From: a virus
Taxonomy: Duplodnaviria; Caudoviricetes
Strand: one strand, 5' to 3'
IMG/VR virus record: IMGVR_UViG_3300010327_000802
Span: 1 to 64,000 of that record
Length of the DNA stretch: 64,000 nt
Under the pieces are notes generated by a model. That model saw only the letters and a list, made by a program, of their open reading frames with translations. It was not told the origin of the DNA and did not search any database. Below are positions 56,700 to 64,000 of this stretch, in pieces. The stretch's first letter is position 1. The number at the start of each line of letters is the position of its first letter. A program made the translations under genes and the position numbers.

Positions 56700-57751
56700 G
56701 ATTTACCTTCTTTATTTTTTAGCTGTCTGAGCTTTTCAACTATTTGTTCTTTTGCTGACTCATTAAAGTTAGATGGAGCAGAACCAACCACTGGGTCAGC
56801 TTCTGGTTGAGGGGTTGGTATATTATTTTGGGCTGGTTGGGGCGGAGGTGTAGGTATATTATTTTGGGCTGGTTGGGGCGGAGGTGTAGGTATATTATAT
56901 TGAACTGGGGCGGAGGGAGGTGCATAATATTGAGCTGGTTGGGTTGGTGTAGAAACAGGAAGAGTAGAAATTGGTTCTATCTCTGGGGCGTTTGCTGAAG
57001 CTAGCATAGAAGTATCTACCCCTTGGATATTTTTATAAAACTCATTGATTAGATCTTCATAGCTTAAATCAAATTCCGCGATTACAGCTCTTAAGTCATA
57101 GGCTTTACTTAAATAATCTTCACCGTGTGGAAGTGGAACTTCCGGTTGTGGCACAAATAAAGAATAAGTTGTATTCCTACCAGTCCCTACTCTTTTTATA
57201 TCGATATTTGCCCCTCTTTCTAAATCCACCAGATTCCTAAAGTAAACTTTATGTAGGTTAAGTATGTCTAAAAGCACCGTTCTTGGAACAATAAATACCA
57301 CAGGTTGTTCTTGAGGGTAATTTTGATTAACCACAAAAGGTTCTTCAGGTAGAGCATTCTCTCTTCTCCACCCTAGAATAACTGCGTTAAAATACCCCTT
57401 TACTTCCGGACGTAACCCCCTCAATACATCATCAAAGACGGGGTCAGTAGACTGGGGCTTACCTTTTGCACTTTCTAGGGTTTTGTATACTTCACAAATT
57501 GGACACTGCTTTTTATAGGTTATATTTTTACATAAGTAAATTTTTATTGAGCCTGGGTTATCTGGGTTGGGGAAAACATGTCTTCCTACTATTTCATAGT
57601 ATTTTGTTGCACCAGGCGTGGGTGGGAGAATCCTTATTCTAGTTGTCCCTGGGAGTGGGTGAGCAAACCTCACTCTCTGTCCGCTTGGAAAGGAGTATTT
57701 CCTTTCCAAGTCCTCTATGTCTTTGTTTATTTGTTCCCATATATCTTCCAT
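56696..57751 (-). CDS. Single-stranded DNA-binding protein (T4 gp32-like)
   Basis: TRIRILP, H, C...CPICE, YFNAV, GANIDIKRVGTGRNTTYS; Pro/Gln-rich tail. Confidence 0.85.
   Translation of the reverse strand: MEDIWEQINKDIEDLERKYSFPSGQRVRFAHPLPGTTRIRILPPTPGATKYYEIVGRHVFPNPDNPGSIKIYLCKNITYKKQCPICEVYKTLESAKGKPQSTDPVFDDVLRGLRPEVKGYFNAVILGWRRENALPEEPFVVNQNYPQEQPVVFIVPRTVLLDILNLHKVYFRNLVDLERGANIDIKRVGTGRNTTYSLFVPQPEVPLPHGEDYLSKAYDLRAVIAEFDLSYEDLINEFYKNIQGVDTSMLASANAPEIEPISTLPVSTPTQPAQYYAPPSAPVQYNIPTPPPQPAQNNIPTPPPQPAQNNIPTPQPEADPVVGSAPSNFNESAKEQIVEKLRQLKNKEGKS
56817..56897. repeat. 36-bp tandem repeat (2 copies plus partial) in the SSB tail
   Basis: ggtatattattttgggctggttggggcggaggtgta at 56817 and 56853; encodes NIPTPPPQPAQN. 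Confidence 0.9.
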
Positions 57752-57764
57752 CTTTTACCTCCAG

Positions 57765-57800
57765 TTGTATATAATATAATCCATATAGATGAATTGTCAA
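57765..57800 (-). promoter_or_regulatory. Sigma70-type promoter for the SSB-recA-nusG operon
   Basis: TTGACA followed after 16-18 nt by TATATT/TATTAT; GGAGG RBS downstream. Confidence 0.75.
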
Positions 57801-60232
57801 GTAGGTATATGGATTATATTTTTAAACTTTTCTAAACTTTCTAAATTCCCCCAAGAAGCACCACATTTTATATCTACTTCTAAGGGGACTTTTATAAATT
57901 TAAATATCTCTTTTATTCTTTTAGTTGTTATTTCATTTACAATATTTACCACATAAGGTAATTCGTCTAGGATAACATCAATTAATATAGAATCGTGTAC
58001 AGTGTTAACAACAAAACTTTTAAGTCCATTAGCTTTAATCTCACGATCTATACCTAATAGAGCAGTCAAAGTAATATACGCCGCTGTAGATTGTACTGGA
58101 GCGTTAACAGCTTGTCTAATCTCTTCTTCAGTAGTTTCAGAACTGAAATGGCGCTTCTTACCAAAAGGAGTTACAACGTATTTCATTTGACGAGCAAAAG
58201 CCTTCTGTAACTCAGCCCAAAAATAAACATTTCTGTACGTATCAAAAAATCTTTTAATATAAACCTTTGCCTCTTTTTCACTTATTTCCTTACCTGTAGC
58301 GAGCTTAATTCTATTCGCTAATCCCGCCGGTGTGATTCCATAAACAATACCAAAATTAATAGTCTTACCTATCTTTCTTTCCTCTTCCGTAATCTTTTCT
58401 ATTGGTTTATTAAAAATTATAGAGCTTGTTAGAGTATGTAAGTCTATGTTCTCATTATATGCTTTTATCATTTCAGGGTCTTGAGAAAGAGAGGCTACTA
58501 CCCGTAATTCCATTTGTGAGTAATCTACCTCAAGTAAAAGGTCATTTTGTGGAACAAAAATTACCTTTATTTCGGAATCTTTAGGTATCTGTTGCAAATT
58601 AGGTCGCTCACAAGATACTCTCCCCGTAACAGTCCCAATAAGATTAAAACTAGGGTGAATACACCCATCGATAGACAACATGTCCTTAAATTTTTCCAAA
58701 AAGGTAGAAGTCATTTTCTGTAACCTTCTATACTCTAATAATAAATCGGCAAAACTATTTCCTGCAATATTTAGTAAAGATTCTTCGTTAGTAGATACTC
58801 TACCTGTTTTGGGGGTACGCTTTCCAGTATTAAAATTATTTAACTCCAAAATTTCAGATATTTGAATAGAAGAGTTAGGGTTAAACTCTTTCCCAGTTGT
58901 TTTTTCCCACTTTTTTACCTCCTCAAGATTCTTTAGCTTAATAACTATTTCTTTCATCCGTTTCTTATATTCTGTAATTAAGTTTTCTAGTTTTAGAACA
59001 TTTATCTTCATTCCCCTTAATTCCATATCTATAAACGTGTCTACCAATGGAAGGTATAAATTGTTGTGTAGAGCCTTCAGAGGGGGGTCATTTTCGAGTA
59101 GTTTTGATAATCTTTCATATGCTATATAAGTAATAAATGCGTCTTTTGCATTATAAACTAAGAGATTTTCTATTTTATCTGCAAGTATATTTCCATCTTT
59201 GTCAAATATATATTCAGATAAATCAGCTGCTCCACTATCTTTCACATCTCCCCAAAAACTTTCTTTGTAAGATACCACTCCCATTTCACTCGCAATAAAG
59301 GATAAACTATGCGGCAAGTTTTCGTCTAACAAATAATGGGCTATTATTGTATCAAAAATCAATCCACATACTTTTATACCAAAATACTTTAACCACTTCA
59401 TATCAAACTTAGCATTATGAGCCACTTTAGGAATATCATTCTCAAAAATAACCCTAAGTATATCATAAAATGTAGACTCTTCCCACCTTATTCCATCAAG
59501 AGACAGGGAATATAAATTACCATCTTTATACCTACCTGATAAGCCCACGGATATAATCCTACTATTAGAAGCAAAAGGAGAAAAACTAGTTGTTTCTAAA
59601 TCAAAAGCAAAACATTTTACATTTGAAATAAAATCAATAAGTATATCGTAGTCCTCATTTTTCCCTTGAAGAATCTGATAGGTAAACTCCGGGAGAGTAA
59701 AACTACTATCTAAAATTGTTTTTAATATTTCAAACGTTTTTTTGAATTCAAATACTAGGACTGGATTACGCAGAACAGCGGCTGGATGGTAGGTTGGTAT
59801 TACTATTCTCTCTTTACCAAATAGATTTATTTTCTTAGTTCTATTTACAGCACTCTTTAAACTATCGTTGAAGCCAAGACTTCTATAAGCGACTAATCCA
59901 AGAGGAACAACTATATCAGGATCAGCAATTTCAAAATCTTTGGCTAAATAGTAATTACATTTCTTTGCTATATCGGCTGTAGGCGTTTCATTTTGAGGTG
60001 GGCGACACTTAACTGTATTAGTAATCCCAAAAGTAAAACTTGTTTCCTTTAATAAAAGTGAAATTTGTTCTCTCAACTTCATACCAGATCTACCAATAAA
60101 AGGTACCCCTTGTCTCTCTTCTTCCTCACCAGGAGCTTCACCAATGAAAAGTATTTTTACCTTTCCAGCGTATTGTGGTGGAACAAATGTACAAGGGTAA
60201 AGTTTACATTCTTCACATATTGTATTTTTCAT
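57797..60232 (-). CDS. polA: Family A DNA polymerase with N-terminal family-4 uracil-DNA glycosylase and 3'-5' exonuclease domains
   Basis: UDG: CEEC, GEAPG, KCRPP, YHPA; exo: FDLET, HNAKFD, YNAKD; pol: TGRVS, PNLQQIP, DYSQMELR, KTINFGIVYG (Phe at the 762-equivalent position), VHDS. Confidence 0.95.
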   Translation of the reverse strand: MKNTICEECKLYPCTFVPPQYAGKVKILFIGEAPGEEEERQGVPFIGRSGMKLREQISLLLKETSFTFGITNTVKCRPPQNETPTADIAKKCNYYLAKDFEIADPDIVVPLGLVAYRSLGFNDSLKSAVNRTKKINLFGKERIVIPTYHPAAVLRNPVLVFEFKKTFEILKTILDSSFTLPEFTYQILQGKNEDYDILIDFISNVKCFAFDLETTSFSPFASNSRIISVGLSGRYKDGNLYSLSLDGIRWEESTFYDILRVIFENDIPKVAHNAKFDMKWLKYFGIKVCGLIFDTIIAHYLLDENLPHSLSFIASEMGVVSYKESFWGDVKDSGAADLSEYIFDKDGNILADKIENLLVYNAKDAFITYIAYERLSKLLENDPPLKALHNNLYLPLVDTFIDMELRGMKINVLKLENLITEYKKRMKEIVIKLKNLEEVKKWEKTTGKEFNPNSSIQISEILELNNFNTGKRTPKTGRVSTNEESLLNIAGNSFADLLLEYRRLQKMTSTFLEKFKDMLSIDGCIHPSFNLIGTVTGRVSCERPNLQQIPKDSEIKVIFVPQNDLLLEVDYSQMELRVVASLSQDPEMIKAYNENIDLHTLTSSIIFNKPIEKITEEERKIGKTINFGIVYGITPAGLANRIKLATGKEISEKEAKVYIKRFFDTYRNVYFWAELQKAFARQMKYVVTPFGKKRHFSSETTEEEIRQAVNAPVQSTAAYITLTALLGIDREIKANGLKSFVVNTVHDSILIDVILDELPYVVNIVNEITTKRIKEIFKFIKVPLEVDIKCGASWGNLESLEKFKNIIHIPT

Positions 60233-60238
60233 AGTACT

Positions 60239-60267
60239 ATAATAATGTCTTTTATGTGAAAAGTAAA
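60239..60267 (-). promoter_or_regulatory. Putative promoter giving a leaderless polA mRNA
   Basis: TTTACT-17 nt-TATTAT, then 6 nt (AGTACT) to ATG; no Shine-Dalgarno sequence. Confidence 0.65.
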
Positions 60268-60311
60268 CCCTGTTTTTTTAAATATATTTTCACTATTCCA
60301 ACTTTACTATT

Positions 60312-60413
60312 TTTACTATACGATTATACTTTACCAACTTTACTATACGATTATACTTTACCAACTTTACTATACGATTATACTTTACCAACTTTACTAT
60401 ACGATTATACTTT
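60312..60413. repeat. 27-bp tandem repeat array (3 full copies plus a partial fourth); probable origin iterons
   Basis: tttactatacgattatactttaccaac at 60312, 60339, 60366, partial at 60393; no spacers; in the largest non-coding gap. Confidence 0.9.
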
Positions 60414-60649
60414 TTTATACTATATCTTGTAATCAAAGATGTATAAAGGGAAAATACTATTTTATGGTAAGGTATTTCTATTTCCACTAATACCAATGAA
60501 TACAGAAAAGTATAGTAATTAGACAGTAAAGGTACAAAGCCACCTACTACTACACCCCCTAAGAAAACAAAGAAAAGGTATAGTAGTTAACTGTTACACG
60601 GGGGGGGTATAGATGACTTTGTAAAAAGGTTTCTAAAATATTTTAGAAA

Positions 60650-61069
60650 TTAGACTAATTGTTGTTTTATTTTTGTCCAACCATCTTTTAATAATAATAA
60701 CATTAAAGCAAGTTCACCATCTGGAACTTTAAATCTTCCATTAACTAAACCATAAAAATCTCCATAGATTATATCTCTAAGCAACTTCTCCAGCTCAGTT
60801 TTATTTTTACCCAAATAGGGTTTAGGCAAAAATATTCTTTTTTTTAAATTAGGTTTACTCCCAGATAATCTTTTTATTTCCCTAATCATTTTTTCAAAGC
60901 CTATATCATCTTGAGGTATCATAGGTAGTATCTTTTGTAAATAACTATCCGTTTTCTTTATAAAATGATTAATATATTTCCTTGTTATCTGTTCAAGTCC
61001 ACAAATATTGTCTTTTAGTTCTTTACTTTCTATTGTCTCCTTTAACTTTACAAAATCTATCTCTTTCAT
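60650..61069 (-). CDS. Hypothetical protein
   Basis: 139-aa ORF abutting the upstream gene. Confidence 0.7.
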   Translation of the reverse strand: MKEIDFVKLKETIESKELKDNICGLEQITRKYINHFIKKTDSYLQKILPMIPQDDIGFEKMIREIKRLSGSKPNLKKRIFLPKPYLGKNKTELEKLLRDIIYGDFYGLVNGRFKVPDGELALMLLLLKDGWTKIKQQLV

Positions 61070-61501
61070 TTAATCCCTCTTTATTTCTTTTATATGCCCA
61101 ACTTTATCAATGTCAGCTGTATTTTCTATAAAAGCTATTAGTGAATCTATTCCCAGCTGTAAAGCCTTTAAAAGTATAATTAATTTATCCTTCGGTATAC
61201 CTAAGGCTTGAGAAAGCATATCTAAATTACCATTAAACAGGGCTTGAATAGCCTTACCTCCCTGGGTCTCTGGGAACTCTACTTCTACTTTTAAATTAGG
61301 TAAATAATTATACATATCTAATAACATATCTGAACATTTTATCAATTCACTTAGTTTAACAGCAACCCCTTTGCCATCATCCTGTATTAATTTATAAAAT
61401 ATATCTTCAATTCTATCATGTTTCTTTTTTAACATCTCAAAACTATTAGAGATACTTATAGCTATTTTAAGCAAGTTCTTAGTATTTATATCAAGTATCA
61501 C
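61070..61501 (-). CDS. Hypothetical helical protein
   Basis: AGGAG RBS, GTG start. Confidence 0.7.
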   Translation of the reverse strand: MILDINTKNLLKIAISISNSFEMLKKKHDRIEDIFYKLIQDDGKGVAVKLSELIKCSDMLLDMYNYLPNLKVEVEFPETQGGKAIQALFNGNLDMLSQALGIPKDKLIILLKALQLGIDSLIAFIENTADIDKVGHIKEIKRD

Positions 61502-61512
61502 TTTTTTCTCCT

Positions 61513-63411
61513 CTAAGCATTTATTTGATCATTTTTTGTTAATCCTCCTACAAAATCAAACACTTGGGGGTCTGCTTGGAAAGCTTTCATTATTTCTGTT
61601 GGATTTAATATGTACTTACCCCAACTTAACTTCTTTATAAATCCTTTTTCACACAAGCGATTAAGCCCCCATTTTATTGTCGATTCAGAAACATCACTTA
61701 ATTCATCTTTTATCTTCTTCACCGTAGCGATTTCACTAGAATTTTCCACTATAGATTTCAAAATTTTCCTTTCAGCTTCTCCCAAGAATATCGTTGGTAG
61801 GTGTACTTTATCTACTGGATAGTATCTCTTAACTGAATTATCATCCCCCACTAAAGAAATATCTATGTCATCTATTTCTGCATACCTTGATTGAACTTCA
61901 ATAGTTCTAATTCTATCTTCTTTGCTCTTATATTGTAAGCCTATAACCACATCAACAACTGCTGCTATACCTGTAGTGCCTAGTATTTTTCCTACTAAAT
62001 CTATACCTTCTGTATTCTTTTTATAATGATGTATGAAAATCAAAGCTGTATTGTATTTCTCTGCTAGTCGCTTCATTTCTGAGAGAAACTTATACATATA
62101 TTCGTAATCACTTTCTTTACTTTTATAATCCCTTTGTGGTAGAAAATAATACAGTGTATCAAATAAAACTACTTCCGGATTATTAGTAGCAATTATACTT
62201 TCAATGACTTTAATTACTCTTTTTAAACTTCTATCCTCATAAAAGAAAGGGTCTATATCTTGTCTAGAAAGAAAGAGAAAATTTTTATCTATGGATTCTC
62301 TAAACCTTATATCTGGTCCTCCTATCATTTCTAGTCTCTTTTTTAGGATTGGTCTTCCATTTTCCATATCAACATAAATTACTTTACTTTGATTTACTTC
62401 AAACATATCTAAAAATTTTTCATTTTCTGCTATGCATTGTAGTAGCTGTAGCCCTAATAAGGATTTACCTACTTTAGGTGACCCTGCTAATATGCTTACT
62501 GACCCACGAGGTATAAGGTTTTCTACTATATAGGAAATTTGGTTTTCTTCTTCCCATAAACTGTTGATATTACGACCATTTATTTGAAATAATTCTTCCT
62601 TTTCTTCCTTCTTTCCCTTATGTGCTTCCTCCGTTACAGCAAGTATATTTAATTGATTAAATATTTCTTTTCCTAATAACTCAATTAACCCCGAGCTTCC
62701 AGCAACTTCTTTTTCTCCCTTCTCTTGTAATTTTTTATAAGTAGATTTTACTGTTGAAACCCGCTGTCTTATTTCTTCGTCTTGTGTTAAGTGTCCTAGT
62801 ACGTTTATTACTCTTTCCACTTCCTCTATAGTATAACCTAGTTTCAATAACCACCCTGAAGCGTAAAGAGCTAAATTTTGCCTATACCCCTTAATCCACA
62901 TAAGAGATAATGCATAAGTTATAGTAGCTAAGTTTATTGATCTAACTAGGCTATTGAATTCTATCTCTGTTATATCAAAAGAATCATTTAACCATTTTAA
63001 TTCCTCACCTGAAGGATGTATGGAAGGAGGTATGATTGTTTGTTGTTTGCCTGTACGTATTTCAACAAGTAACTTATTGTCAAATTTCCACTGAATTGTT
63101 TTTGTAGTCTCCCCGTTCTTTGTAGCAAATATGAAGTGAGAATATTTCTTCCCCGCCCTAGAAATTATAGCTTTGCAAGAGCTATCTAAAAATAAGTTTA
63201 TTATTTCTCCAAGGCTACTTATTTCTACATCTACATCTACTAAATTACCTAAAACTAATCCAACATTAGTCTCATAGCTAAAATCATTAATAGTAAACTC
63301 TTTTTCTGGCCACCCCTCTATTGTGGGTGCCTTTGATTGTAGTGGTACTGGAATTATATGCAATCTCTTAGAAAAATAAGCTCTTAAGAGATCGTTCATC
63401 TTTGAACTCAT
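61513..63411 (-). CDS. Bifunctional primase-polymerase (PrimPol) fused to a RepA/AAA_25-type helicase and C-terminal wHTH
   Basis: IIPV...KAP...W, NVGLVLG..VDVDVE, HFIF, PPSIHPSG; GSPKVGKS Walker A, LFDT, IHHYKK; C-terminal VSESTIKWGLNRLCEKGFI. Confidence 0.85.
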   Translation of the reverse strand: MSSKMNDLLRAYFSKRLHIIPVPLQSKAPTIEGWPEKEFTINDFSYETNVGLVLGNLVDVDVEISSLGEIINLFLDSSCKAIISRAGKKYSHFIFATKNGETTKTIQWKFDNKLLVEIRTGKQQTIIPPSIHPSGEELKWLNDSFDITEIEFNSLVRSINLATITYALSLMWIKGYRQNLALYASGWLLKLGYTIEEVERVINVLGHLTQDEEIRQRVSTVKSTYKKLQEKGEKEVAGSSGLIELLGKEIFNQLNILAVTEEAHKGKKEEKEELFQINGRNINSLWEEENQISYIVENLIPRGSVSILAGSPKVGKSLLGLQLLQCIAENEKFLDMFEVNQSKVIYVDMENGRPILKKRLEMIGGPDIRFRESIDKNFLFLSRQDIDPFFYEDRSLKRVIKVIESIIATNNPEVVLFDTLYYFLPQRDYKSKESDYEYMYKFLSEMKRLAEKYNTALIFIHHYKKNTEGIDLVGKILGTTGIAAVVDVVIGLQYKSKEDRIRTIEVQSRYAEIDDIDISLVGDDNSVKRYYPVDKVHLPTIFLGEAERKILKSIVENSSEIATVKKIKDELSDVSESTIKWGLNRLCEKGFIKKLSWGKYILNPTEIMKAFQADPQVFDFVGGLTKNDQINA

Positions 63412-63854
63412 TCCGCACCTCCAGTTGAACCAAACCCTCCTTCTCCTCTTTCAGTTGGAAAGAGGTGTTCAACTTGTTCCCACTCTATTCTTTCTACCTT
63501 ACTTAAAACAAGTTGAGCTACTTTATCATATTTTTCAAGTTTTATTTTTTCTTTTCCTATATTAGCTAAAATCAATTTAATTTCTCCTCTGTAATCTGAA
63601 TCTATTGTCCCAGGTGAATTAGCTATAATAAGCCCCTTTAATGCATAACTACTACGGAGACGCACTTGGATTTCATACCCTACGGGGATTTCCACAGAAA
63701 TACCTGTACTTACTAATACTACTTCTCCAGGATTTATAGTGACATTTTCTATTATGGCAATGTCTGCTCCAGAAGATCCCTTTGTTGCATAATAGGGCAA
63801 ACTATAAAAACTATCATCTTTTATAATATCTCCAAGTTTTACCTTTACTTTCAA
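63408..63854 (-). CDS. dut: Trimeric dUTPase
   Basis: GSSGADI, RLRSS, GTIDSDYRGEI, VAQLV, RGEGGFGSTG. Confidence 0.97.
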   Translation of the reverse strand: MKVKVKLGDIIKDDSFYSLPYYATKGSSGADIAIIENVTINPGEVVLVSTGISVEIPVGYEIQVRLRSSYALKGLIIANSPGTIDSDYRGEIKLILANIGKEKIKLEKYDKVAQLVLSKVERIEWEQVEHLFPTERGEGGFGSTGGAE

Positions 63855-63863
63855 TTATACCCC

Positions 63864-64000
63864 CTATATATATTTGATAAGTAACTTATCCGCAAATATT
63901 TTAAGACTACCTAAAATAGAGCTCAGTACATTATCTCTCTGTTCCTCATTCTCAGAAAGAAGACCAATTATATATTTTAGTTCGTTGAGAATTTCATTAT
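63864..64000 (-). CDS. 3' end of a hypothetical gene entering from the right edge
   Basis: Open frame NEILNELKYIIGLL...KLLIKYI ending in TAG at 63864. Confidence 0.6.
   Translation of the reverse strand, partial: NEILNELKYIIGLLSENEEQRDNVLSSILGSLKIFADKLLIKYI

Noticed and set aside
32729-60232. Inteins or group I/II introns in terL, nrdJ, dnaB, recA or polA
   Set aside because: Lengths are normal, frames are continuous, and no splice-junction or homing-endonuclease motifs were seen; the roughly 35-aa extra segment in NrdJ is too short
60312-60413. CRISPR array
   Set aside because: Repeats are head-to-tail with no unique spacers, and no cas genes are present
60293-60496. 67-aa ORF with KYNRIVKLV repeats
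   Set aside because: No RBS; the open frame follows from the 27-bp period; better explained as non-coding iterons, though translation is not excluded
286-62000. All plus-strand ORFs in the track (for example 24374..24868 poly-Ser, 8222..8554, 26833..27249)
   Set aside because: Antisense shadows of minus-strand genes: S/F/L-rich, no RBS, no motifs
1-64000. Stop-codon reassignment (alternative genetic code)
   Set aside because: Genes are intact and densely packed under code 11, and TAA, TAG and TGA all end genes at sensible positions

Overview
A 64-kb segment of a large, AT-rich myovirus-type bacteriophage genome. Essentially every real gene is on the minus strand, so transcription runs right to left. 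In that direction the window contains: (1) a replication/recombination/nucleotide arm at 38.8-64 kb (dUTPase, PrimPol-helicase, a probable origin with 27-bp iterons, UDG-fused family A DNA polymerase, gp32-like SSB, RecA, a NusG paralogue, SbcCD-like nuclease, RuvC, SNF2 helicase, DnaB, class II ribonucleotide reductase, ThyX, Toprim primase); (2) a tmRNA gene (38443-38788) with an atypical tag; (3) lysis and packaging genes (two lytic transglycosylases and two M15 peptidases across the window, a small holin missed by the ORF track, terminase large subunit, a stand-alone PurD-like ATP-grasp ligase); (4) fibre/accessory virion genes; (5) an unusually long head cluster (portal, prohead protease, about 15 charged scaffold/core proteins, decoration protein, major capsid protein resembling from memory the mycobacteriophage Bxz1/cluster C type); (6) neck, sheath, tube and a -1 frameshifted tail assembly chaperone. 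The strongest unexplained signal is a K-x-A-S peptide motif heavily enriched in head-cluster proteins, a probable prohead-protease cleavage/encapsidation code. One 9-codon copy of it is duplicated at DNA level (27/28 nt) between a core protein and a surface loop of the PurD-like enzyme. No CRISPR array, tRNA, rRNA, intron, intein or transposase was found. All family calls are by-eye motif recognition, not database searches.
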